Below are positions 12,267 to 22,099 of a stretch of 63,358 nt of DNA, in pieces. The translations under genes and the position numbers were made by a program. The stretch's first letter is position 1. Every line of letters begins with the position of its first letter. Below the pieces are notes generated by a model, which searched no databases, was not told the DNA's origin, and was given only the letters and a program-made list of their open reading frames with translations. This DNA comes from Candidatus Krumholzibacteriia bacterium. GTDB taxonomy: Bacteria; Krumholzibacteriota; Krumholzibacteriia; WVZY01. The stretch is from positions 1-63,358 of the forward strand of contig JAOTUR010000001.1 of NCBI GenBank assembly GCA_029863805.1, in the 5' to 3' direction.

Positions 12267-12671
12267 GTGTCAAAGCGAGTAAAGAAAACACAAGAGCAGT
12301 GGCAGGGACAACTCACCCCTGAGCAATATCGAATCACGCGGCAGAAGGGAACCGAGCCGGCTTTTGCAGGTCGATTCCACGATTTTAAGGGGCATGGTGT
12401 CTACCGCTGCGTTTGCTGCGGCAACGTTGTCTTTGAGTCGAAAGCGAAGTTTGACTCTGGTACAGGATGGCCGAGTTTCTTCCGGCCTGCCGACAAACAG
12501 AGTACGACGGAAGCCACTGACAACAGTCTTGGTATGGTGAGGACTGAAGTGATGTGTAGCCGGTGTGACGCTCATCTGGGCCATGTTTTTGATGATGGGC
12601 CGCGCCCGACTGGTCTGCGGTACTGTATCAATTCTGAAGCACTGACATTTGACAGCACCGACGAGAAGTAG
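12267..12671 (+). CDS. msrB: peptide-methionine (R)-S-oxide reductase MsrB
   Basis: 'YRCVCCGNVVF', 'GTGWPSF', 'CSRCDAHLGHVFDDGP' and 'RYCINS' are present. I placed the start at GTG 12267, behind GAGAGGAG, rather than at the track start 12228. Confidence 0.9.
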   Translation: MSKRVKKTQEQWQGQLTPEQYRITRQKGTEPAFAGRFHDFKGHGVYRCVCCGNVVFESKAKFDSGTGWPSFFRPADKQSTTEATDNSLGMVRTEVMCSRCDAHLGHVFDDGPRPTGLRYCINSEALTFDSTDEK

Positions 12672-13192
12672 TGGCTGTTATGAGGGACATTACGAACAGA
12701 CCAGGCGCTATAGGTTTGTGCACAGCAGTTATCTTGGCTCTGCTTAGCGCCAGCTGTGCCAACGATGACAACGGTCTCAGCGAAGGTGATATCGTTGCCA
12801 TGAGAAACTTGAGCGAGGTGTATACTAGCGCCTGGATGGCTGATGATGCGGAAACGGTGATGGATTTGTTTACAGAAGACGCGGTGCTGATTCCACATCA
12901 CGGTGCCGAGGTAGTAGAGGGAAACGAAGACATTCGGCGGTTTTTTTGGCCAGCGGATGGACCGGGGGTGACGATCACTGATTTCAGTCTCGTTCCCGCG
13001 GAGGTCAGTGGCAATAACGGACTTGGTTTCGTTCGTGGCCGTTTTTCGCTTAGTTTCGCTATGGAGGAGAATGGGGAGAGATCGGTTTACTCCAATGATG
13101 GCAACTACCTGATGATTCTGCGCAAGAGTCGCGACGGATCGTGGCGAGTCTCTCACTATATTTGGAACGATCCGGTACCCCAAGTACGTTAA
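12671..13192 (+). CDS. probable lipoprotein with SnoaL-like / DUF4440 (NTF2-fold) domain
   Basis: It has a signal peptide ending 'LLSASC' followed by an NTF2-like pattern ('VYTSAWMADDAETVMDLFTEDAVLI...RFF'). The start overlaps the msrB stop; an ATG at 12680 is an alternative. Confidence 0.55.
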   Translation: MAVMRDITNRPGAIGLCTAVILALLSASCANDDNGLSEGDIVAMRNLSEVYTSAWMADDAETVMDLFTEDAVLIPHHGAEVVEGNEDIRRFFWPADGPGVTITDFSLVPAEVSGNNGLGFVRGRFSLSFAMEENGERSVYSNDGNYLMILRKSRDGSWRVSHYIWNDPVPQVR

Positions 13193-13235
13193 CGAGCGCC
13201 CAGCCAAACCTGCCGCCCGATTAAACAGGTAAGAT

Positions 13236-15191
13236 ATGAGCCATAGTATTGAAGAACTCGAAACACGCCTGGAACAACTAAACGACAGTCGGCAGGAAAC
13301 GACTGAGAAAGTCGATGTTCTAAACGACCTGGCGAGAAGTTACTCCACAGATCATCCACGGCTGGCCCTGGACACCAGCGTGGAAGCGTACGAGCTTGCC
13401 AGAAAGTTGGGCTATAAAGAAGGACTGGCCGTCAGTCTTGGCAATACGGGGTTCTCGTATTACCTGCTGTCCGACCATGAAAAAGCGCTACACAGATTGC
13501 TCGAGTCCATAAGTTTGTGCGAGGAAACGGGGGACCGCAAGCACATGGCGCAAGCTTTGGACATTCTGGCCGCCGTGCAACAGAGTCTGGGCAACTATGG
13601 ACAGGCGTTTTCAACGTCGCTGCGTGCCTTAAAAATCCATCGCGAGGTCGGTGATCGTCATTCTGAGGGATGGGTCTTGAACGGATTGGGCGGAGCGTAC
13701 AACGATATCGGTGATTACGATCGCGCGGTCGAGCATCATGAGAAGAGTCTACGCGTCTTCGAGGATTTGCACAACAAGGTGGGCATAGCAAGGGCGTTGA
13801 ATGGCCTGGGCACGGTGCATCAGAGTTTGGGCAACCATCAAAAAGCGCAGGAGTATCATCGTAGGAGTCTGAAGCTGTTCAGGGAGATGCGTAACAAGCT
13901 CGGAGAGGCCCGCGCACTGAATGATCTCGGATTGATCCACCAGGAACTCGGCGAATATGAAGAGGCCCTACGGTGTCATGAGAAGGCCTTGCAGCTCCGA
14001 GATCAAGTGGGAAACAAACAGGCCAAGAGTACAAGCTTGATCAATCTGGGCAAGTTATTCATAGAGAAACGCGACATCGACAAAGCCTTCGATGCGCTAC
14101 ACCGCGCATTGACGATCGCCATGGAGATCAAGGCCAAACCCAGAGTTTATCAGGCGAATCTTGCGCTGTCCGAAGCGCACGCGCTGAATGGCGATTTCTC
14201 GGAGGCTCTGGAGCATTACAAGATCTATCAACAAATAAAGGAAGAAGTGGCAGGTGACGAGGCCAACGCAAGGCTGAGGAATCTGCAGATCAATTTTGAG
14301 GTCGACTCTTCCAAAAGAGACGCCGAGATCTCTCGTCTAAAGAATGTGGAGCTGAAGCAAAAGAACGAGCAGCTTGAAAAGCTGTTGGTAGAGCTTAGAG
14401 AGACTCAGGCCCAGCTCATACAGACGGAGAAAATGGCGGCACTTGGTATTCTTGTCGCTGGTGTCGTTCACGAGATCAATAACCCGGTCGGAGCCATCAA
14501 TAGCGCGGCTGACGTAACGCGTCGCTGCATCGCGTCGCTCGATCAAGTGTTGCGATCGGCCACATCACTGGATGACATTAGAAACAGCAAGCAGCGGAAA
14601 AGCGCACTTGAGACGCTAGAAAGCGTAGGCCGTATTACGCAAGACGCGATTAACCGCATAAGCAAGATTGTGCGTAGTCTAAAGAGCTTTTCCCGTCTCG
14701 ATGAGGCCGAGTTTCAAGAAGCGGACCTTCACGAAGGGCTTGACAGTACATTAACCTTGCTGGAGCACGACTTCGGTGAGCGTATCAAGGTGGTAAGGGA
14801 GTTTGGGAGCGTTCCGCGTGTCCCATGCAATCCGGGTGAAATGAATCAGGTCTTCATGAACCTGCTCACCAATGCAAGTCAGGCGATCGACGGCAAGGGG
14901 ACGATCAAGATCCGCACCTATGAAGATAAATCGCGTGTGCATATAGAGATCAGCGACACAGGTGTCGGCATCCCCAAGGTTCATATGGAGCGTTTATTCG
15001 ATCCGACGATTTCGAAAAGAGGGGTAAGGGTAAAAGCAGGGTTGGGGTTGTTTACGTCGTACAATATACTCAAGAAACACAAGGGTGACATCAAAGTTGA
15101 CAGTAAAGTTGGACGAGGCACGGTCTTCACACTGATTCTGCCAACCGGCGCTCAGACGGGTGCCGGTGCTGCAGACCGTGTCATACATTAG
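13236..15191 (+). CDS. cytoplasmic TPR-repeat sensor histidine kinase
   Basis: The N-terminal ~330 aa are repeated 40-aa TPR-like units (…ALNGLGTVHQSLGNHQKAQEYH…), followed by a coiled coil. The H-box is 'VVHEINNPVGAI' and the HATPase_c motifs are 'NLLTNASQAI' and 'DTGVGIP'. There is no TM segment. Confidence 0.8.
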   Translation: MSHSIEELETRLEQLNDSRQETTEKVDVLNDLARSYSTDHPRLALDTSVEAYELARKLGYKEGLAVSLGNTGFSYYLLSDHEKALHRLLESISLCEETGDRKHMAQALDILAAVQQSLGNYGQAFSTSLRALKIHREVGDRHSEGWVLNGLGGAYNDIGDYDRAVEHHEKSLRVFEDLHNKVGIARALNGLGTVHQSLGNHQKAQEYHRRSLKLFREMRNKLGEARALNDLGLIHQELGEYEEALRCHEKALQLRDQVGNKQAKSTSLINLGKLFIEKRDIDKAFDALHRALTIAMEIKAKPRVYQANLALSEAHALNGDFSEALEHYKIYQQIKEEVAGDEANARLRNLQINFEVDSSKRDAEISRLKNVELKQKNEQLEKLLVELRETQAQLIQTEKMAALGILVAGVVHEINNPVGAINSAADVTRRCIASLDQVLRSATSLDDIRNSKQRKSALETLESVGRITQDAINRISKIVRSLKSFSRLDEAEFQEADLHEGLDSTLTLLEHDFGERIKVVREFGSVPRVPCNPGEMNQVFMNLLTNASQAIDGKGTIKIRTYEDKSRVHIEISDTGVGIPKVHMERLFDPTISKRGVRVKAGLGLFTSYNILKKHKGDIKVDSKVGRGTVFTLILPTGAQTGAGAADRVIH

Positions 15192-15215
15192 TACCCCGGG
15201 ATCGGAGCAGGTCCG

Positions 15216-15875
15216 ATGAAGTTAGCGACATCCTACGTCTTGATGGGATTGCTGATTCTGGCGAACGCGTGCGAGTCCCCTGATAACGAGACGGGCGGGC
15301 GTAACGCCCCGGCTCTTATGCAGCTGGTCATTATGGGGCCACCAGGCGCGGGAAAGGGCACGCAAGCCAGGAAGATCGCAGCGAAGTATGGAATCCCCCA
15401 CATCTCAACGGGCGATATACTGCGAGCGGAAGTCGCCCGCGGTACGGAGTTGGGCAAGCAGGTCAAAGGCATTATGGAAAGCGGTGAGTTGGTAGCCGAT
15501 TCGATTGTGCTAGATCTGGTCGACGTCCGCCTCGCCGAACCTGACTGTAATAATGGGTTCATTCTCGATGGATTTCCCCGCACGGTACCACAGGCTGAGG
15601 GTCTGGATGGCATAATCAACAGGCAGCGCACGGGGACGCTGAAAGTCATCGATCTGGTAGTGTCGGATGAGATCCTGGTTGCCCGGCTGCTTGCCCGCGA
15701 GCGGGCGGACGACACGGAAGAGACGATACATAATCGAATCGAGGTTTATCACCAGAAGACCGCTCCCCTCATCGGGTACTACGGTGGCCGGGGTGTACTG
15801 GTCCAGGTTAATGGCGCACAGCGGATCGACGAGGTGTTCGATGATATTGTGGCGGCTTTGGCCAAGAACAGATGA
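15216..15875 (+). CDS. adk: adenylate kinase, short-LID type, with a 34-aa signal-peptide-like N-terminal extension (alternative start ATG 15318)
   Basis: 'LVIMGPPGAGKGTQ', 'ISTGDILR' and 'GFILDGFPRT' are present, and the LID is short with no Zn-ribbon insert. ATG 15216 has a GGAG 8 nt upstream. The canonical Adk N-terminus would begin at M35 (15318), which has no obvious SD. Confidence 0.85.
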   Translation: MKLATSYVLMGLLILANACESPDNETGGRNAPALMQLVIMGPPGAGKGTQARKIAAKYGIPHISTGDILRAEVARGTELGKQVKGIMESGELVADSIVLDLVDVRLAEPDCNNGFILDGFPRTVPQAEGLDGIINRQRTGTLKVIDLVVSDEILVARLLARERADDTEETIHNRIEVYHQKTAPLIGYYGGRGVLVQVNGAQRIDEVFDDIVAALAKNR

Positions 15876-18841
15876 GCAAGGTTTCTTTGAGGAGGAGATC
15901 CGGTAGCATGAGCAATCGAGGATTTAACGTTGGCTTGATCGTAGCAGTGACTTTGGTTCTCTCGGTAACGACCGGAGTCGCCGATGACGCGAAAAAAGAA
16001 CCGGGTGAGGCGCGTTTTCTTACCAATCCACGGGCGCTGACCTACCAGGGTAAGCGCGCGGGCGAAGGCTACTTCTCACACGACGAGCGACACGTGATAT
16101 TTCAGGACGAGCGCGAGTCCGACAATCCCTTTTATCAAATCTACGTAATGAGCCTGGAGACCGGGGAGACACACCGGGTATCCACAGGACTTGGCAAGAC
16201 GACATGCGCATTTTTTAGGCCTGGCACGGACGAGGTAATATTCGCCTCGACGCACCTTGACCCCGACGCCAAGAAAAAACAGGTAGAGGAAATCGAATTT
16301 AGAGCATCCGGTAAGAAGCGGCGGTACTCGTTTGATTATGACGAGACATTTGATATTTTCTCAGCCCGGCGGGACGGCAGCGACATGAAGCGTCTGACCA
16401 GCACATCAGGTTACGACGCCGAGTGTGCCTATTCACCCGATGGTAACCAGATCGTGTTTTGTTCGATACGCGATGCGTATCCCGTCGCAAACCTATCCAA
16501 GAAGGATCAAAAACAGCTGCAGGTCGATGCTTCGTATTTTGGTGAGGTCTACATTATGGACGCCGATGGAAGTAATGCCAGACGATTGACCAATTGGGAG
16601 GGTTACGACGGCGGACCGTTCTTCAGCCCGGACGGAACACGGATCTTGTGGAGGCATTTCGACGAAAGCGGGATGGTGGCCGATGTTTATACCATGAGGC
16701 TCGACGGTTCCGACCGGCGTCAGCTGACAGATTTCGACTCCATGTCTTGGGCACCTTACTATCATCCGTCCGGCAGCTACGTGATCTTCACGTCGAATAA
16801 ACTTGGCTTTTCGAATTTTGAGCTTTACATCGTGGATGCGCAGGGAATTCAGGAGCCGGTGCGGGTCACTTTTACGGACGGATTTGATGGTCTTCCCGTA
16901 TTCTCACCGGACGGGCGTCGTCTTATGTGGACGTCGAACCGCTCGTCCTCGAAGAAGTCGCAGCTCTTTCTGGCAAGATGGAATCACGCCGCCGCGTTGC
17001 AGGCTCTACAGCTGACTGCGGTCGCTGCGAACCAGGCAGGAGACGTTTCGCGGTACTCTGCGGACATATCAGCGGCGGATCTCAGCGCTCATGTCGAGTA
17101 TCTGGCCTCTGATCAGCTCGAGGGTCGAATGACCGGTTCACAGGGCGCCCGGATGGCGGGTGACTATATCGCGGACCGGTTCAAAGAGCTGGCACTCGAA
17201 CCGCTCGACGAGGAAGAGGGTTATTTTCAAGTGTTCCCCTTTACGTCGGGGGTCGAGATCGATGCGGGTGGGTGTCGGCTCAGCGTATCCGACGGAGCGA
17301 ACTCGCGAAACGGGCATGAACTGAAGGTGGAGAGAGACTTCCGTCCGCTTGCATTCGCAGAGAACGACGAAGTGGAGGGTTCCATCGTTTTCGCGGGGTA
17401 TGGGTTGAACGTGCCGGATAACGGACAGAGAGGGCACGAGTCCTACTCGGGTCTCGATGTTAAAGACAAAGTGGTGATGGTTCTGCGCTATGTCCCCGAG
17501 GGCGTGGACACCGAGAGGAGGCGCGAGCTAAACCATTATGCGGGTTTACGCTACAAAGCCATGGTCGCGCGTGAGAAGGGAGCGAAAGCGATTCTGATGG
17601 TGGGGGGGCCAAACTCGCCCAACGCAGGCGAATTGATACCGCTCAAATTTGATCAAAGCTCGGCCAGTTCGGGCATTGTCGCTGCCTCGATCTCTGGAGA
17701 GGTGGCACAGATGATTCTCACAGGTGCGGGCAAGGATCTGCATGAGGTCCAGTCGGGGTTGGACGACGAGAATCCTCATTTTGAGGGGACGTTTGAGATT
17801 CCCGATGTCCGCGTGAAGATCGCCACCTCGGTGAATAGAACAAAGAAGGACGGCCGAAACGTCATAGGTATGATTCCTCCAGCCAAAAGGCAAAGCGAGA
17901 CTGAGTACCTCTTGATTGGTGCGCATTACGATCATATTGGCTATGGCGAGATTGGTTCTCTCGCCCACAAAGACGAAGAAGGTCAGATACACAATGGAGC
18001 GGATGACAACGCCTCTGGAACGGCGACGGTGCTTGAAGTAGCGGCGGCGTTGGCTGAGTTGAAGATGAGAAGTCCAGCCAAGTTCCGACGGGGTGTCATC
18101 GTTGCGCTTTGGTCGGGAGAGGAATTGGGCACGGTTGGTTCATCGTATTTTGTCAGTCATTCTCCAACGCCGCTCGACCGTATCGTTGCCTATCTGAACT
18201 TTGATATGGTAGGACGCCTGAGGGACAACAAACTGACGATGCAAGGTGTGGGGTCATCAACCCTTTGGCCCGAGCTGATAGAAAAACGCAATGTGCCTGC
18301 CGGCTTCGATCTAACGCTACAACAAGATCCTTATTTGCCAACAGACGTTAGTCCGTTTTATCCAAAAGAAGTCCCTGTCTTGAGCTTCTTTACCGGTAGC
18401 CATGAGGACTACAACCGCCCAACCGATGACTGGGCGACCCTGGACTACGACGGGATGGAGAGAATCGCGACGTTTGCGTTGGGTATGTTGACCGACCTCA
18501 TCGATCGCGAGCAGCGACCACAATACGCTGAGGTCCAGCAAACCAAGAGTCCACAGGGGCAGCGGGCCTCGTTGCGTGCCTACCTGGGCACGATCCCCGA
18601 TTACGCGACGGACGGCATCGAAGGCGTAAAACTGTCCGGCACCAGGGCCGGTGGTCCTGCTGACCTGGCCGGTGTTCAGGGTGGGGATATCATCATCGAA
18701 CTCGACGGCCAAAAAATCACCAATATCTACGATTACACGTATGCCTTAGATGCGGTAAAGATCGGCAAAGCCGTAGAGATCGTTGTCCTGCGCAACGACA
18801 AACGGGTCACCTTGACCATAACCCCCGAAACCCGCAAGTGA
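15872..18841 (+). CDS. exported multidomain protease: TolB-like PD40 beta-propeller + PA/M28 aminopeptidase + C-terminal PDZ
   Basis: There is a signal peptide, then PD40 repeats (YSPDGNQIVF, FFSPDGTRILW, YHPSGSYVIFTSN, VFSPDGRRLMWTSNR). M28 motifs follow (GAHYDHIGYGE, HNGADDNASGTATVLE, SGEELGTVGS, NFDMVGR), then a PDZ domain (GGPADLAGVQGGDIIIELDG). The ATG overlaps the adk stop (ATGA). Confidence 0.75.
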   Translation: MSKVSLRRRSGSMSNRGFNVGLIVAVTLVLSVTTGVADDAKKEPGEARFLTNPRALTYQGKRAGEGYFSHDERHVIFQDERESDNPFYQIYVMSLETGETHRVSTGLGKTTCAFFRPGTDEVIFASTHLDPDAKKKQVEEIEFRASGKKRRYSFDYDETFDIFSARRDGSDMKRLTSTSGYDAECAYSPDGNQIVFCSIRDAYPVANLSKKDQKQLQVDASYFGEVYIMDADGSNARRLTNWEGYDGGPFFSPDGTRILWRHFDESGMVADVYTMRLDGSDRRQLTDFDSMSWAPYYHPSGSYVIFTSNKLGFSNFELYIVDAQGIQEPVRVTFTDGFDGLPVFSPDGRRLMWTSNRSSSKKSQLFLARWNHAAALQALQLTAVAANQAGDVSRYSADISAADLSAHVEYLASDQLEGRMTGSQGARMAGDYIADRFKELALEPLDEEEGYFQVFPFTSGVEIDAGGCRLSVSDGANSRNGHELKVERDFRPLAFAENDEVEGSIVFAGYGLNVPDNGQRGHESYSGLDVKDKVVMVLRYVPEGVDTERRRELNHYAGLRYKAMVAREKGAKAILMVGGPNSPNAGELIPLKFDQSSASSGIVAASISGEVAQMILTGAGKDLHEVQSGLDDENPHFEGTFEIPDVRVKIATSVNRTKKDGRNVIGMIPPAKRQSETEYLLIGAHYDHIGYGEIGSLAHKDEEGQIHNGADDNASGTATVLEVAAALAELKMRSPAKFRRGVIVALWSGEELGTVGSSYFVSHSPTPLDRIVAYLNFDMVGRLRDNKLTMQGVGSSTLWPELIEKRNVPAGFDLTLQQDPYLPTDVSPFYPKEVPVLSFFTGSHEDYNRPTDDWATLDYDGMERIATFALGMLTDLIDREQRPQYAEVQQTKSPQGQRASLRAYLGTIPDYATDGIEGVKLSGTRAGGPADLAGVQGGDIIIELDGQKITNIYDYTYALDAVKIGKAVEIVVLRNDKRVTLTITPETRK

Positions 18842-19133
18842 AGCCGTAGATGGGCTAACCGTCTTCACGCGGGTCTGGTGGACGATCGATGGCTTGACCA
18901 ACCACGGTGATAACGGTATACTAGTCAATAGTCAACACCGCGTATTGTAGAGGATTGCCGCCATGCAACCTCCTCTCCGCCGACCACATCGCGGGGTCGC
19001 AGCCGACGTGCTCATGTTGGGTCGTGGGCCAAAGGGCCTTTAACCGCGTCTTGCGTGGCTCGGGCACCATCCAGCCTGCAACTGATTTTGGAGGCCTTGT
19101 ACCGAGCGTGCCCCAGTTCTGCTTCTTTAGTTC

Positions 19134-20993
19134 TTGACCAGCAATCAGGAGATGACGAACTTGTCTAGTCAGCATCGAGGAAAAAAGCGCGACGAGACCG
19201 ACGCGCACGAACTTATTGGCGAAGAAGGATTCCGCACCATCTACGAGCATGCGCCAGTGATGATCGACTCCTTTGACGATAAGGGTAGGTGTCTGCTGTG
19301 GAACCGCGAGTGCGAGAAGAACCTTGGATGGACCATTGAAGAAATTCGGGATTGCGCGGATCCGCTGGCATTGACTTATCCCGACCCCAAGACGAGGGAT
19401 AGGGTGCTAAACACAATTAAAAAGGCCGATGGCAAGTTCCGCGAGTACGAGGTTTTGGCCAAGGACGGGTCCACGCGAACGCAGCTATGGGCCGATTTTC
19501 GTCTGCCGGACGGTACGTTGATTTCGGTAGGTCACGACATCACGGAGCGCAAGTCGGTGGACAGGGCACTCGAGGAAAAAGATGAGCGTCTGCGTACGCT
19601 GGTCGAGCAAATCCCCGCCGTGCTATGGACGACTGACATCAACCTGTGTTTTACCTCGAGCGAAGGCACAGGGCTGGAATCGCTTGGCCTGAAGCCTGGG
19701 CAGGTTGTCGGGCTGAGTCTCTACGAGTATTTTAGCACGGATGATCCCGATTATTTGCCCATTGAGATGCACCGCCGGGCTCTGCGAGGTGAATCGGTGA
19801 AGTACGATACGTTGTGGTCAGAGCGCGTCTTCGAGTCGCACATCGATCCGCTCCGCGATAAGGACGGCAAGATAATCGGATGTCTGGGATTCGCTCTCGA
19901 CGTAACCGAACGTAAGAAAGCCGAAGCCGCACTCAAGGACAGTGAGGTCAGACTGCGGCAGATCATAGATCTGGTGCCTCACATGATATTCGCCAAGGAC
20001 AAAACGGGACGGTTCATTCTGGTCAATTCCGCGGTCGCTGAAGCCTACGGAAAAACTGTGGATGACCTCCTTGCGTTCAGGCACGTGGATGTTCACGCCA
20101 CAAAGCAAGAGATTGAACATTTTTTGAAGGACGATCTGCAGGTTATCGATAGTGGGATCCCGAAGTTCATACCCGAAGAGTCGTTCGTGGACGTTTATGG
20201 CGTCGAGCGTATCCTGCAAACTACTAAGATTCCGTATAATGTCCCCAATACCGACGAAAGGGCGGTCCTTGGCGTGGCGGTTGATATCACGGAACGAAAG
20301 CGCGCAGAGGAAAAGGTCCGACTCTCGCAGCAGCAGTTACGCGCTCTTGCGTCTCGACTGCAGGAGGTGCGTGAAGAAGAGAGCGCAAGCATCGCGCGAG
20401 AGATCCACGACGAGCTTGGACAGACATTGACGGGACTGAAGTTGGATATCACCTGGATTCGTAGAACATTATTGGCGTCTGAGTCCAGCAACCAAGGCTC
20501 CGAAATCGTACAGCGACTTAACTCCATTGCCGGCGAGGTTGATGCCGCGATAAGAGCGGTCAGGCGAATTGCTACTCAGCTTCGTCCGGTCATCCTGGAC
20601 GACCTTGGCCTGGCAAGAGCCCTCGAGTGGCAGACGCAGGAGTTTGAATATCGCACCGGGATAAAGAGCGTGTTCAAAATGGATACGGGTGAAAGCAATC
20701 TCGATCCCGAGCGTTCGACGGCGGTTTTTCGGATTTTTCAGGAGATTCTAACGAACGTAGCCAGACACGCCCGCGCGGAGTGTGTAAGAACAAAGTTGAA
20801 TCACGACAACGGATTTCTCGTCCTGGAGGTTGTTGATGACGGCTTGGGAATATCCGACAAGGACGTCAATAGTCCGCGCGCGCTGGGCATCCTGGGCATG
20901 CAGGAACGCGCGCAGGTTTGCGGTGGCGACGTTGTCATAAAGCGACAAAACGGGGGCGGCACACGCGTAACCGTTAGGATTCCGGTCGATTAG
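19134..20993 (+). CDS. multi-PAS sensor histidine kinase (HisKA_3 / NarX-type core)
   Basis: There are at least three PAS/PAC units, each ending '...D(I/V)TERK'. The H-box is 'IAREIHDELGQTLTGL' and the HATPase_c is '...VVDDGLGIS...GILGMQERA'. The start codon is uncertain (TTG 19134 or ATG 19152). Confidence 0.8.
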   Translation: MTSNQEMTNLSSQHRGKKRDETDAHELIGEEGFRTIYEHAPVMIDSFDDKGRCLLWNRECEKNLGWTIEEIRDCADPLALTYPDPKTRDRVLNTIKKADGKFREYEVLAKDGSTRTQLWADFRLPDGTLISVGHDITERKSVDRALEEKDERLRTLVEQIPAVLWTTDINLCFTSSEGTGLESLGLKPGQVVGLSLYEYFSTDDPDYLPIEMHRRALRGESVKYDTLWSERVFESHIDPLRDKDGKIIGCLGFALDVTERKKAEAALKDSEVRLRQIIDLVPHMIFAKDKTGRFILVNSAVAEAYGKTVDDLLAFRHVDVHATKQEIEHFLKDDLQVIDSGIPKFIPEESFVDVYGVERILQTTKIPYNVPNTDERAVLGVAVDITERKRAEEKVRLSQQQLRALASRLQEVREEESASIAREIHDELGQTLTGLKLDITWIRRTLLASESSNQGSEIVQRLNSIAGEVDAAIRAVRRIATQLRPVILDDLGLARALEWQTQEFEYRTGIKSVFKMDTGESNLDPERSTAVFRIFQEILTNVARHARAECVRTKLNHDNGFLVLEVVDDGLGISDKDVNSPRALGILGMQERAQVCGGDVVIKRQNGGGTRVTVRIPVD

Positions 20994-21040
20994 GGCTATA
21001 GTTGGGTCCAACAACGGCATATAGCCCGGATGGAGATGAG

Positions 21041-21673
21041 ATGAGAGTCTTGATTGTAGATGATCATGCAGTTGTCCGCCGGGGTCTGCAGCAGATTGTA
21101 CTCGACGAGTATAAGGATCTGGTATTCGGAGAAGCCAAGAATGGTCAGGAGGCCCTCGAACTCGTGCGGCATCAGGAGTGGGACGTCGTTATCCTGGACA
21201 TCTCGATGCCGGGTCGTAGTGGACTCGACGTTCTCAAGGATATCAAGAAGGCGCGGCCGAACACTCCTGTCCTGGTGCTTAGCATCCATCCCGAGGATCA
21301 GTTTGCCGTCCGTGTTCTCAAAGCAGGAGCGTCGGGTTATATGACAAAAGAGACGGCGCCGGAGGAGCTTGTCAGCGCTGTCAACAAAGTGGTTGCCGGC
21401 GGCAACTATGTCAGCGAGGCGTTCGCGGAGATTCTCGCAAGCGATCTGCAAAGGGATGCGAGTGAGGTCTCTTTGCACAAGAGGCTTTCAGATCGCGAGT
21501 ACGAGGTCATGATCAAGATAGCATCGGGCAAAACGGTTTCAGAGATCGCCGAAGAACTCTCTTTGAGCGTCAAGACTATCAGTACATATCGCGCCCGCGT
21601 CCTCGAGAAGATCAACATGAAGGGCAATGCTGAGCTCACACGCTATGCCATCAAACACGGCCTGGTGGACTGA
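21041..21673 (+). CDS. response regulator, NarL/FixJ (LuxR-type HTH) family
   Basis: 'MRVLIVDDHAVVRRGL', 'DVVILDISMPGRSG' and 'LVLSIH' form the receiver domain, and 'LSDREYEVMIKIASGKTVSEIAEELSLSVKTISTYRARVLEKI' is the HTH. ATG 21041 follows a GGAG. The gene lies directly downstream of the HisKA_3 kinase. Confidence 0.9.
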   Translation: MRVLIVDDHAVVRRGLQQIVLDEYKDLVFGEAKNGQEALELVRHQEWDVVILDISMPGRSGLDVLKDIKKARPNTPVLVLSIHPEDQFAVRVLKAGASGYMTKETAPEELVSAVNKVVAGGNYVSEAFAEILASDLQRDASEVSLHKRLSDREYEVMIKIASGKTVSEIAEELSLSVKTISTYRARVLEKINMKGNAELTRYAIKHGLVD

Positions 21674-22099
21674 TTGCCTGCTCACGGTCGTTAATCAAAC
21701 GGTATACGCTGTGACACCCTTGATCATGGTTTAGTACCCCTCTCACAACACAAGGGTTCTGTCGCTATCCCCCTGGCGCATCCAACTCCTGTAAGACGCA
21801 CACCGACAGGCTTCGTCAGGTTTTGCCTACGCAAAATTCATACTTCTATCTGATTGCGAAGAAGCCCCATTTCCGGCATATTACTAGTGTCTTCTCTAAA
21901 GGATTGTTTGTATGTAAGACAATCGTTTGGGTACACAGGAGTCTGGCGGCGCAGGCTCGTGAGTTGTCAACTAAAGAACTATTCCAAAGAAGTCTGCGCC
22001 GCACCACAACCACCATCCGCTCTGCCGACACTCACTGCCGCGAATCTTTTGGAGAAGGCCATCGAAGCAGCCTCGGCACAAAACGACAGCCAACGGAAT

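Noticed and set aside
18922-18935. A perfect tandem 7-mer, TAGTCAA TAGTCAA, upstream of the PAS kinase, as a possible regulatory site or minus-strand double -35 (TTGACT x2).
   Set aside because: No properly spaced -10 element occurs on either strand, and there is no minus-strand gene to drive. It is too short to distinguish from chance.
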